From an uncultured Deinococcales bacterium (GTDB lineage Bacteria; Deinococcota; Deinococci; Deinococcales; JAAFIG01), in NCBI GenBank assembly GCA_964244895.1, contig CAXTKV010000084.1, positions 1 to 20,484 of the forward strand: a stretch of 20,484 bases of DNA. Direction: 5' to 3'. The position numbers and the translations under genes were made by a program. Shown in pieces: positions 8,405-16,946 of the stretch. Below the pieces are notes generated by a model that was not told the DNA's origin, ran no database searches, and worked only from the letters and a program-made list of their open reading frames with translations. The first letter of the stretch is position 1; each line of letters opens with the position of its first letter.

Positions 8405-9340
8405 GTGGAGATTCCCGTTTGGGTCTGGTTTGCATTCATCGCTGGCGTGCTGGGCGTGTTGGCGCTCGACTTGGGCGTCTTCAACCGAGAGGCGCACGTC
8501 GTGAGCGTCACCGAAGCCGCCCTCTGGACGGGCGTGTGGGTCGCGCTCGGGCTGGGGTTCGCGGGCCTGGTATTCGTCTGGCAGGGTCAGCAAAAAGGCT
8601 TGGAATGGCTGACGGGTTACCTGATCGAGTACTCGCTGGCGGTCGACAACATCTTCGTGTTCGTGCTGGTCTTCGGCGCGTTCGCCGTACCGCCCGAGTA
8701 CCGCCACCGGGTGCTGTTCTGGGGGGTTCTGGGGGCATTGCTCATGCGCGGCGCGATGATCGGCCTGGGGGCGGAACTGATTGAACGGTTCCACTGGATG
8801 CTGTACGTTTTCGGCGGTTTTCTGGTGTTCACGGGATTGCGGATGCTTTTTTCCAGGAAGGATGAACACGCGGATCTCGAGAAGAACCCCGCCGTCAGGC
8901 TGGCGCGGCGATTCTTTCCGATCAGCCGCGACTACGACGGTCAGAAGTTCTTTACCGTGCGGGACGACGTTCGCACGGCGACCCCACTATTCCTGGTGCT
9001 GGTCTTGATCGAGTTCACCGACCTGGTGTTCGCGGTGGACAGCATCCCGGCGATTTTTGCGGTCACCACCGATCCCTTTATCGTCTTCACCTCGAACGTC
9101 ATGGCGATATTGGGTTTGCGCAGCCTGTACTTCCTGCTGGCGGACGTGGTGGAGCGTTTCGTGTACCTCAAGACGGGCCTGGCCGTGATCTTGTCGTTCA
9201 TCGGCGCGAAGCTGTTGCTGATCGATAGCGTCAAGATTCCGACGGCGTACTCGTTGGGCGTGATCATCGGTGTGCTGACGATCAGCGTGATCGCATCGTT
9301 GTTCAAGACCGCCCGACAAAAACCGTTCAAGGCTGGCTGA
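8405..9340 (+). CDS. TerC/Alx family metal-homeostasis membrane protein
   Basis: EYSLAVDNIFVF, HRVLFWGVLGALLMR, IEFTDLVFAVDSIPAIFAVT, SNVMAILGLRSLYF; GTG start with GGAG RBS. Confidence 0.95.
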   Translation: MEIPVWVWFAFIAGVLGVLALDLGVFNREAHVVSVTEAALWTGVWVALGLGFAGLVFVWQGQQKGLEWLTGYLIEYSLAVDNIFVFVLVFGAFAVPPEYRHRVLFWGVLGALLMRGAMIGLGAELIERFHWMLYVFGGFLVFTGLRMLFSRKDEHADLEKNPAVRLARRFFPISRDYDGQKFFTVRDDVRTATPLFLVLVLIEFTDLVFAVDSIPAIFAVTTDPFIVFTSNVMAILGLRSLYFLLADVVERFVYLKTGLAVILSFIGAKLLLIDSVKIPTAYSLGVIIGVLTISVIASLFKTARQKPFKAG

Positions 9341-9554
9341 GCGACCCGAAGCACCGGCGTCTCAACGGTCGGCATCCCCCAAACGCCGACCGTCACGACT
9401 CGAGCCTCTGGCGCGACCGAAACGCACCGAGCTTGGCGGCGCGTGAAAACACGACCTGAGGCGAAAAAGGCGGTCAGGTTTGGAGGCTCGTTGGCGGTTC
9501 TCGATTCATTTCTCGCGTCAGCCGCGAACCGCGCCGGAGCAGCGCGCGGCTCGA

Positions 9555-9573
9555 GCAAATGAATTTCATTTGC
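9555..9573. promoter_or_regulatory. Perfect 9-1-9 AT-rich palindrome, candidate operator
   Basis: gcaaatgaa-t-ttcatttgc, about 40 nt upstream of a TAGACT at 9614. Confidence 0.55.
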
Positions 9574-9754
9574 CAGTGTGAGGACTTCCGCAGACATCCG
9601 AAGAAACGATGACTAGACTGGAATCAATCCAGAGACGATCTTTCGCCTTGGCATTCGTTCCGGTCATTCCCGGAGCGGGTCAATGGACTACTCGTATTTA
9701 CGCGCGTCGGCAGCCCGTTCGCAGGCCATCGCTCAGCTCAACCCGGAGGTTCAC

Positions 9755-10036
9755 ATGGACCGTTCGACCGTGATCCCGCCCGCCCCATCCACCACCGAAT
9801 CTTTCACCACCAAAAAATCCGCCCGCCAGGTGCGGGGACGCTGGGTTCCCGGCACGAGCGATCAGCTCGAATTGCGCCTGATTGAGACGGACGAGTGCGC
9901 TCAGGTTAGCGTGCGCTGGTTCCTGAGCCATTTCGGTCGCGCCGCGATGGATTCGTTGTACTTGCGCGGCAAGTACGAGTTCGAGTGCGACGATGGCACC
10001 TGGAAGGGCGTCAAGAACGCCCGCGAACACGCCTGA
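9755..10036 (+). CDS. Small hypothetical protein (93 aa; longer start at 9683 possible)
   Basis: GGAGG RBS just before ATG 9755; host-like codon usage; followed by a repeat like other real genes here. Confidence 0.7.
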   Translation: MDRSTVIPPAPSTTESFTTKKSARQVRGRWVPGTSDQLELRLIETDECAQVSVRWFLSHFGRAAMDSLYLRGKYEFECDDGTWKGVKNAREHA

Positions 10037-10054
10037 AGGGTTTCGATCTCGGAC

Positions 10055-10116
10055 CAGAAGACCGTCCAGCACGCGTTTTTGGCGCCCTCGAGAACACCGT
10101 CCCAGACGGTGTTCTT
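10055..10116. repeat. Palindromic intergenic repeat, 62-bp composite form (copy G, reverse orientation)
   Basis: Extra arm cagaagaccgtccagcacgc, a spacer, then the 27-bp unit gagaacaccgtcc-c-agacggtgttctt (10090-10116). Confidence 0.92.
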
Positions 10117-10183
10117 TTGATACCGCCTCGAGCAACCTCGAGACGCCGCGATCGTGGGTTCGAGGTTGCGTCTCGAGCGATCG

Positions 10184-11773
10184 TCAGCCGAGCAGGGCGG
10201 ATAGATCCAGCTTGGTCTGGGTGCGCAAATCCACCGTGTCCATCTGCGCGAGTTGCAAGGCGCCCGCGTGATCGTCGTTGACGGCCTGCCAGCGCGTGTA
10301 GGATTCCAGCACCCAGATGCCGGATTCCCTGGAGGTGTTGCCGGAAGCTTTCGTGCCGCCGAACGGCAGGTGCGCTTCCGCGCCGGTGGTCGAGTTGTTG
10401 ATGCTGGTCATGCCCGCCTCGATGCGCTCCTTGAAGCGGAAGGCCCAACCGTGGTTGTTGGTGTAAATCGCGCTGGACAGGCCGTACGGCGCGGCGTTGG
10501 CGGCGGTGATGGCCTCGTCCAGGCCGTCCACCGCGACCAGGTTGATGGTCGGGCCAAAGATTTCCGTCTGGAAGAGTTTCATGCCCACCGTCACGCCCGC
10601 CCAGACGGTCGGCCAGCCGAACATGCCGGTGGCGGGGTCGCCCTTGAAGCCGGATGGTCTGGAATCCGGCGCGATGCGCCCCTCGCCGTAGAGTTTCTTC
10701 GCGCCCTCCGCGCCGCCCCAATCCAGGTGCTCGAGCCACGTGTTCATGAACCGCTCCGACATGAACGGCCCGTACGTCACGCCCGGATGCGCCAACGGAT
10801 CGCCGATCTCGAGGGCGCGCACGCGATCCATGAACATCGCCGTGAAGGCGTCCGCGATGGGCGCGTCCAGGATGATGTTCCCAGCGCTGGTGCAGCGTTG
10901 ACCGCCCGTACCGAAGGCCGCCCAGACCGCACCGGAGACGGCGTTTTCCAGGTCCGCGTCGCGCATCACGACCAGCGGGTTCTTGCCGCCCAGTTCCAAT
11001 GACGGGCTGACCAGGTTGCGACCCGCGACCGCGCCGATCTCGCGCCCGACAGCGCTCGAACCGGTGAAGGCGAACTTCTGCACGCGCCCTTCGTCCATCA
11101 TGCCGACCAGCGCCTTGCCCGCCTCGCGACCGCCGTAGACGACGTTCAGCACGCCGTCCGGCAGGCCCGCCGCCAGGAAGACCTCGAGCATCGCGGCGGC
11201 GCAAGCGGGCGCGTCCTCGGACGGTTTCCAGACGACCGTGTTGCCCGACAGGAGCGCCGGGACGAGCTTCCAACTGGGGACGGCCATCGGGAAGTTGCCC
11301 GCCGTGATCATGCCGACCACACCCAGAGGTCGGCGGTAGGTCATGAGTTCCTTGTCGGGCATCTCGGACGGAACCGTCTGACCGTACAAGCGGCGGCCTT
11401 CGGACTGGAAGAAGCGGCAGGTATCGATGACTTCTTGCACCTCGCCGAAGGCTTCCTTGGCGGTCTTGCCGATCTCTCGGGTGACGAGTTTTTCCAAGGC
11501 CGCACGGTGCGTCTCGATCAGATCACCGATCTTACCGATCAGCGCCCCGCGCACCGGGGCGGGCACGCGCCGCCAGGCGGTATAGGCCGTTCCAGCCGCG
11601 ATGCAGGCTGCACGCACGTCGTCGATGCTCGAATCCGGGAAGGTTCCGACCAGATCGTCCAGCCGCGCCGGATTGCGGGACTCGAAGCTGTTGAGTGCGC
11701 TTTCCCACGCGCCACCGATGCGGTTCTTGCCTTGAATGCTGGGACCGTAAACGCTTTTTGCGCTGTATTCCAT
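10184..11773 (-). CDS. NAD(P)-dependent aldehyde dehydrogenase family protein
   Basis: ITAGNFP, WKPSE, FTGSSAVG, LELGGKNP, GQRCTS (catalytic Cys), EIFGP, LPFGG. TAGACT lies 6 nt before the ATG on the minus strand (11780-11785). Substrate not assignable. Confidence 0.95.
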   Translation of the reverse strand: MEYSAKSVYGPSIQGKNRIGGAWESALNSFESRNPARLDDLVGTFPDSSIDDVRAACIAAGTAYTAWRRVPAPVRGALIGKIGDLIETHRAALEKLVTREIGKTAKEAFGEVQEVIDTCRFFQSEGRRLYGQTVPSEMPDKELMTYRRPLGVVGMITAGNFPMAVPSWKLVPALLSGNTVVWKPSEDAPACAAAMLEVFLAAGLPDGVLNVVYGGREAGKALVGMMDEGRVQKFAFTGSSAVGREIGAVAGRNLVSPSLELGGKNPLVVMRDADLENAVSGAVWAAFGTGGQRCTSAGNIILDAPIADAFTAMFMDRVRALEIGDPLAHPGVTYGPFMSERFMNTWLEHLDWGGAEGAKKLYGEGRIAPDSRPSGFKGDPATGMFGWPTVWAGVTVGMKLFQTEIFGPTINLVAVDGLDEAITAANAAPYGLSSAIYTNNHGWAFRFKERIEAGMTSINNSTTGAEAHLPFGGTKASGNTSRESGIWVLESYTRWQAVNDDHAGALQLAQMDTVDLRTQTKLDLSALLG

Positions 11774-11811
11774 ATCCTCAGTCTACCGCGCGAGCTCGAG
11801 ACTGGTTCGCA

Positions 11812-11863
11812 AGGAACACCGTCCAGCACGCGAACTCGAGAATGTGTCTGGGACGGTGTTCTC
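11812..11863. repeat. Palindromic intergenic repeat, 52-bp form (copy H)
   Basis: aggaacaccgtc-cagcacgcgaactcgagaatgtgtctgg-gacggtgttctc. Confidence 0.94.
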
Positions 11864-11936
11864 GGGATCAGGCTTGAACGTTGTTCCCGGCTCGAAATGG
11901 CGAGGGCGTGATCTTTGTCAGTACAAATCTCTAGAC

Positions 11937-11975
11937 AAAAAAACACGACGAGAGCCAAGGGCTTTCGTGGTGTTT
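11937..11975 (-). terminator. Putative intrinsic terminator of the small minus-strand ORF
   Basis: Minus strand reads aaacaccacgaaagcc-ctt-ggctctcgtcgtgttt running into a 7-T tract; 36 nt after the stop at 12012. Confidence 0.6.
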
Positions 11976-12011
11976 CAGGTTGAATCCAGAAAGCAAAGCG
12001 ACATGGATTCT

Positions 12012-12215
12012 TTAATCGTTCCCGATGTTGAGGGTAGAGCCAGCGCCCACACCCGCGACGAAGGAACCTAACACGAGGACAATGGCTGCCAACGTGTCTT
12101 TTTCCGTCTGCGTCGTCGCATCGATGCGAGGAGCAGCGTGGAAAATAAATGCACTGAACACACTTACAGTCAGGGCAATGCCTGAAAGTATCAAGCGTTT
12201 TTGTACGAAAGTCAT
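12012..12215 (-). CDS. Small hypothetical membrane protein (67 aa, two hydrophobic segments)
   Basis: GGAG 8 nt before the ATG, a downstream terminator-like hairpin, two TM-like stretches; sits in a lower-GC patch. Confidence 0.6.
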   Translation of the reverse strand: MTFVQKRLILSGIALTVSVFSAFIFHAAPRIDATTQTEKDTLAAIVLVLGSFVAGVGAGSTLNIGND

Positions 12216-12301
12216 AAGGATTGCTCCATAAAAATAGTGATCTCATTGTGGACGATCACATCTCGTCTGAGGGAGTCAATCGCACACTCAAAAGTTCCCG
12301 C

Positions 12302-12338
12302 GAAGTCCTCGAGCCGAGCGTCAGAAGTCCTCGAGCCG
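12302..12338. repeat. 15-bp direct repeat (gaagtcctcgagccg x2, 22-bp period)
   Basis: Exact copies at 12302-12316 and 12324-12338. Confidence 0.85.
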
Positions 12339-12359
12339 CCGCGCTCGTTACAATCATTC

Positions 12360-14801
12360 ATGACCGAATCCTTTCCAACTCAGGCGCGCGCCGTGATCGT
12401 CGGCGGCGGCATCGTCGGCTCGAGCGTGGCGTATCACCTGACCAAATTGGGCTGGAAGGACGTGGTGCTGCTCGAGCAGAACGCGCTGGGCGGCGGCACG
12501 ACCTGGCACGCGGCGGGACTGGTCGGGCAGTTGAGAACCAGCAACAGCATGACGAAGATCAACAAGTACAGCGTGGAACTCTACCCAACCCTCGAGGCGG
12601 AGACGGGCGTGTCCGTGGGCTGGAAGACCACGGGCAGCCTGATCGTGGCGACCAGCCAGGACCGCATGGTTCAGTTGCGGCGCACGATGGCGATGGCGGA
12701 ACTGTTCGGCGTCAGCGCCGAGATGATCACGGCCAGTGAAGCCCAGGAAAAATGGCCGTTGATGCGCGTGGATGACGTGCTGGGCGCGGCCTGGTTGCCG
12801 GACGACGGCAAGTGCGTGCCCAGGGACACGGCGCTGGCGCTCTCAAAAGGGGCACAGATGCGCGGTGCGCGAGTTCTCGAGGGCGTGCGCGTGATGGACG
12901 TATTGCGAGAGAACGGTCGGGCGACAGGCGTGCGCACGAACCAGGGCGAGATCAGCGCCGAGGTCGTGGTGCTGTGCGGCGGCATGTGGACGCGAGAACT
13001 GGGCCTGAAGATCGGCGTCAACATCCCGCTGTTTCCGGTCGAGCACCATTACGTCGTGTCCGAACCGATTCCGGGCGCATTCGATGAACTGCCGGTCGGG
13101 CGCGATCCGAACCGCTGCATTTACTACCGTGGCGAGGGCAACCGGATCGTGCTGGGCGCGTTCCAGGCGTACACCAAACCGTGGGATGCCGACCCGATCC
13201 CGGCAGATTTCAGCGACGCGCTGCTCGAGCCGGACTGGGAGAAGTACGCCGATCCGTTGGCGGCGGGTCAGTGGCGCATTCCGGCCTTGCGGGGCGCGAA
13301 GTTCGAGAAGTTCATCAACGGCCCGGAGAGCTTCACGCCGGACAACAACTTCTTGATGGGTGAAACGCCGGAGTTGCGCGGTCTGTTCGTGATGGCGGGT
13401 TTCAACTCGGTCGGCATCGCCAGCGCGGGAGGGGCGGGCAAGTACCTGGCGGAGTGGATTGCGGAGGGCGAACCGACGCTCGATCTGTGGTCGGTGGACA
13501 TCCGACGTTTCGGGAGCGTTGTGAACAACCGCGCGTTCCTGCGCGAGCGCGTGACCGAGGTGCTGGGATTGCACTACCAGATGGCCTGGCCGAACCGCGA
13601 ACCCGCGACCGGGCGCGATCTGCGCGTCTCTGCGTTGCACGCGCAACTGGTGCGAGCGGGCGCGAGCTTCGGGCAGAAGGCGGGGCTCGAGCGACCGAAC
13701 TGGTTCGCCGTGGACGGCGCGAAACTGGAGGTCGAGTACGGCTGGGGCCGGCAGAACTGGTTCGAGGCGCACGCGCGCGAGCACCGCGCGGCGCGCGAAA
13801 CGGTCGCAGTCTTCGATCAGTCCGGCTTCGCCAAGCTTGAAGTGGCGGGGCGAGACGCGCTCGGGTTGCTTCAACACCTGTGCGCCAACGACGTGGACGT
13901 GCCCGTGGGTCGCGCGGTCTACACGGCCATGCTGAACGCGCGCGGCGGCTTCGAGAGCGACCTGACGGTGTTGCGCCTCGGGGAAAACCAGTTCAGGATC
14001 ATCACGGGGTCATCTCAGGCGGTTCACGACGCGGACTGGATTCGCCGTCACGTCGGCGCGATGAACGTCACCGTCACCGACGTGAGCGAAAGTCACGCCG
14101 TGATCGGCGCGATGGGGCCGAACGCGAGGGCTTTGCTCCGGCGACTCACGGACGCGGACATCTCGCACGAGGGGTTCCCGTTTTCTACGGCGCGAACCAT
14201 CGAACTGGGCTCGGTGACGGCGCTGGCGGTGCGCATCACCTACGTCGGCGAGCAGGGCTGGGAGTTGCACGTTCCGACCAGTCAGGCCGCCGGTCTGTAC
14301 GACGCCCTGATGCGCGAGGGCTCGAGCCTGGGCGTCAGGAACGCTGGGCATTACGCGATCAATTCCCTGCGACTCGAGAAAGCGTACCGGGCGTGGGGCG
14401 CGGACATCTCGCCGGAAGACACGGCGCTGGAAGCCGGGTTGGGCTTCGCGGTGGCGTGGGACAAACCGGAGTTCATCGGTAAAGAAGCGCTGCTCGAGCA
14501 GAAACGAATCGGCCTGAGGCGGATGCTCGTCAGCTTTCGGCTCGAGAACCCCGAGCCCGTGCTGTGGGGTTCCGAACCGATCCTGCGGGGCGGCGTGCCC
14601 GTCGGGTACACGACTTCCGGCAGTTACGGGCACACCCTGGGCGCGGCCATCGGCATGGGTTACGTCAAGAACGCGGGCGGTGTGGACGCAGATTGGATTC
14701 GCGCCGGACGTTACGAGATCGTCGTGAACGGCCAGCCTTTCGCGGCCAGACCGCACCTGCGCGCGCCGTATGACCCGGAGCGCAAACGCATCTTGATCTG
14801 A
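12360..14801 (+). CDS. GcvT-family FAD-dependent oxidoreductase (sarcosine/dimethylglycine dehydrogenase-like)
   Basis: VIVGGGIVG Rossmann motif, GTTWHAAG (covalent-FAD His motif), NGPESFTPD, C-terminal aminomethyltransferase domain (RITYVGEQGWE, SLRLEKAYRAWG). Start set at ATG 12360, with TACAAT 5 nt upstream. Confidence 0.93.
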   Translation: MTESFPTQARAVIVGGGIVGSSVAYHLTKLGWKDVVLLEQNALGGGTTWHAAGLVGQLRTSNSMTKINKYSVELYPTLEAETGVSVGWKTTGSLIVATSQDRMVQLRRTMAMAELFGVSAEMITASEAQEKWPLMRVDDVLGAAWLPDDGKCVPRDTALALSKGAQMRGARVLEGVRVMDVLRENGRATGVRTNQGEISAEVVVLCGGMWTRELGLKIGVNIPLFPVEHHYVVSEPIPGAFDELPVGRDPNRCIYYRGEGNRIVLGAFQAYTKPWDADPIPADFSDALLEPDWEKYADPLAAGQWRIPALRGAKFEKFINGPESFTPDNNFLMGETPELRGLFVMAGFNSVGIASAGGAGKYLAEWIAEGEPTLDLWSVDIRRFGSVVNNRAFLRERVTEVLGLHYQMAWPNREPATGRDLRVSALHAQLVRAGASFGQKAGLERPNWFAVDGAKLEVEYGWGRQNWFEAHAREHRAARETVAVFDQSGFAKLEVAGRDALGLLQHLCANDVDVPVGRAVYTAMLNARGGFESDLTVLRLGENQFRIITGSSQAVHDADWIRRHVGAMNVTVTDVSESHAVIGAMGPNARALLRRLTDADISHEGFPFSTARTIELGSVTALAVRITYVGEQGWELHVPTSQAAGLYDALMREGSSLGVRNAGHYAINSLRLEKAYRAWGADISPEDTALEAGLGFAVAWDKPEFIGKEALLEQKRIGLRRMLVSFRLENPEPVLWGSEPILRGGVPVGYTTSGSYGHTLGAAIGMGYVKNAGGVDADWIRAGRYEIVVNGQPFAARPHLRAPYDPERKRILI

Positions 14802-14867
14802 ACGAAACGTGCGTTCGGCTCCTCGAGTACGCGACGTTCGATACGCGCGCTCGAGCGCTCCAGTCAA

Positions 14868-14919
14868 AAGAACACCGCCCTGCGCGCATTCCAATATTCG
14901 CGTGCCAGACGGTGTTCTC
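14868..14919. repeat. Palindromic intergenic repeat, 52-bp form (copy I, reverse orientation)
   Basis: Reverse complement: gagaacaccgtc-tggcacgcgaatattggaatgcgcgcag-ggcggtgttctt. Confidence 0.93.
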
Positions 14920-14969
14920 GAGCGCGAGCGAACCTGAAATGAGAGGCCCGCACGGTGCTCGAGGTCGCG

Positions 14970-15878
14970 TCACCCGAGCGCCGCCAGCCACCCGGCGTAC
15001 CCGTCGGTGGCGACGTTTTGGCGGAACCGATCCAGGTGCTGCGCGCCGTAACCCGCGAAGTCGAACTCGAGGCTCGAGATGCCGGATTGCAGGTAGCCCC
15101 AGAAGGCTTCTCGCAGGTCGGACGCGAGGCGCATCAAATGGAGTTGCGCCGTCAGGGAGGGACTGGTGTGACCGAAGTACATCCGAATCAATTCCTCGCA
15201 CTGGGCAGCGTTCAGTTCAAGATTGACCGCCAGGTTTCCCAGGTCGAAGAAGCAATTCCCGTTCCCTGCGTATTCCCAGTCCACGATCCAGATATCGCGC
15301 CCGTCGTCCAGCAGATTGGCGGGCAAGAGGTCGTTGTGGCACGGGCAAATTTGAGCGCGCCCTCGGAGCGCCGCCTCGATTTCCGCCGCGCGCTCGAGCA
15401 GCCACGACAGGTCGGTTGGGAATTCGACGCCGCGCTCGAGCGCCAACGCGAGGTAATCCCGCACCGTCCGAAACGGGCTGAAGCTGTTTGGGAAAAAGGC
15501 TGCGCCGTGGGCCCGTTTGAGGGTCGCGACGATCCGCTCGAGCCTCGCGGGTTCGGCGGCGCTGGCGGCGGTCAGCGTGGTGGCGTCCGCGATGAACTGC
15601 GTCAGGATCGCACCGTGCTGCGCCAGGAACGCGATGGGTTTCGCGCCGACGCCGACGCCGTGCGCGCCCGTCGCCGCTGCGAATTCGTGCGCCCGGTCGA
15701 TCCCGAGCAACGCCGTCTGTTCGCCCGCCACGCGCAGCATGAAGGCCCCGCGTTCGGCGTCCAGTCGATAATTGCGATTGGTGATGCCGCCACTGATCGT
15801 CGCGATCTCGAGGAGCGCGCCCGTGTGGGCTCGCACGTCGATCAACAGTTCGGGATCAAGGCGTTCGGGAACGGTCAT
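14970..15878 (-). CDS. Choline/ethanolamine kinase-like (APH/ChoK) phosphotransferase
   Basis: SGGITNRNY, GIDRAHE, Brenner motif CHNDLLPAN, IVDWEYAG, FDLGN. Confidence 0.9.
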   Translation of the reverse strand: MTVPERLDPELLIDVRAHTGALLEIATISGGITNRNYRLDAERGAFMLRVAGEQTALLGIDRAHEFAAATGAHGVGVGAKPIAFLAQHGAILTQFIADATTLTAASAAEPARLERIVATLKRAHGAAFFPNSFSPFRTVRDYLALALERGVEFPTDLSWLLERAAEIEAALRGRAQICPCHNDLLPANLLDDGRDIWIVDWEYAGNGNCFFDLGNLAVNLELNAAQCEELIRMYFGHTSPSLTAQLHLMRLASDLREAFWGYLQSGISSLEFDFAGYGAQHLDRFRQNVATDGYAGWLAALG

Positions 15879-16055
15879 GGTTCGGCTCGAGGCTCATCGT
15901 AACGCCCGAGTTACGACCGACCTCACGCGGTGCTCGTGCCTCACCAGATTCGACATCCCGAAGGCGCGCGCCGAAGGATCTTTTGGCCGTCGTGCAGCCG
16001 CCAGTTCCACCGTCTTCGACCATTCGTTCTGCGCGCCAACGCGAGCGTACCGATC

Positions 16056-16107
16056 GAGAACACCGTCCTGGACGCATGCTCGAGTTCGCGTGCCAGACGG
16101 TGTTCTC
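16056..16107. repeat. Palindromic intergenic repeat, 52-bp form (copy J, reverse orientation)
   Basis: Reverse complement: gagaacaccgtc-tggcacgcgaactcgagcatgcgtccag-gacggtgttctc; perfect 12-bp arms. Confidence 0.95.
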
Positions 16108-16148
16108 GTGCGGTTTCAAGAATGGCACATCGACGTAGACTCGAGCCA

Positions 16149-16943
16149 ATGCAGCTCGAGATTCCCATGGACGAACCCATCGCTATCCTCTCGGACATTC
16201 ACGCCAACATCACCGCGCTGGAAGTGGTGCTGAACGACGTGCAGTCCAGAGGCTTGAAACAGATCGTCTGCCTGGGCGATATCGTCGGGAAAGGCCCGAG
16301 CGGGGCCGCGTGCGTGGATGCGATCCGCGATCTGGGCTGCCCGGTGATCATGGGCAACTGGGATTTGCTGGTGGCCGACCCGAACGAAAACCAGCATCCG
16401 TCGATCCACGGTGCGCTCGAGTGGGAGCGCGCCCGGCTGGGGGCGGAACGGATGGCGTTCCTGAGGGCACTCCCCTATCACTTCGATTTGGAACGGCGCT
16501 CGGGGCTGGTGCGCTTGCTGCACGCATCGCCGCAGGGATTGTGGCACCGGGTCGGCATGAAGGCGATCCTCTCGGGGCGGGCTGATCTGCTGGCCGGGAT
16601 GTTTGTTGACACGGAATTCACCGGGTACGCGAACCGAATGCCCAGGGCGGTCGGCTACGGCGATATCCACACGGCCTTCGTGCTGAACCTGCCCGCTTAC
16701 GTGCCGGAACTCGAGCCGGTCAAGCACCGCACGCTGTTCAACGCGGGTTCGGTCGGCAACCCGATGGATGCGAATGTGCCCAGCTACGCGATCCTGGGCG
16801 GCGGTGCGGGCCTGGAAATCAGCATCGTGCGCGTGCCTTACGAGGTTGAGCGCGAGTGCCAGCTGGCGATCCAGTCCGGCATGCCGTACCTGGAGGAATA
16901 CCTCGAGGAGACGCGATTCGCGCGGTACAGACCGCGCGGTTAA
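16149..16943 (+). CDS. Calcineurin-like metallophosphoesterase family protein
   Basis: SDIHAN, LGDIVG, GNWD, LHASP, GDIH, NAGSVG. Start set at ATG 16149 (TAGACT 7 nt upstream); ATG 16167 is an alternative. Confidence 0.9.
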   Translation: MQLEIPMDEPIAILSDIHANITALEVVLNDVQSRGLKQIVCLGDIVGKGPSGAACVDAIRDLGCPVIMGNWDLLVADPNENQHPSIHGALEWERARLGAERMAFLRALPYHFDLERRSGLVRLLHASPQGLWHRVGMKAILSGRADLLAGMFVDTEFTGYANRMPRAVGYGDIHTAFVLNLPAYVPELEPVKHRTLFNAGSVGNPMDANVPSYAILGGGAGLEISIVRVPYEVERECQLAIQSGMPYLEEYLEETRFARYRPRG

Positions 16944-16946
16944 ACC

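Noticed and set aside
9365..9393. 9-bp hairpin (acggtcggc/gccgaccgt) after terC as a terminator or ncRNA
   Set aside because: 11-nt loop, no U-tract and no recognisable RNA family; not enough support to call.
12201..12359. 53-aa N-terminal extension of the GcvT-family protein
   Set aside because: It starts at a non-ATG codon in the low-GC islet and overlaps the opposite-strand small gene; a -10 box supports ATG 12360.
10011..15902. Long alternative-frame or antisense ORFs (10011-11273, 12843-13877, 14010-14894, 14955-15902)
   Set aside because: They overlap well-supported genes, are low-complexity or shadow translations, and carry no family motifs.
15930..16148. N-terminal extension of the metallophosphoesterase
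   Set aside because: It runs through repeat J; the family motif starts at SDIH and a -10 box supports ATG 16149.
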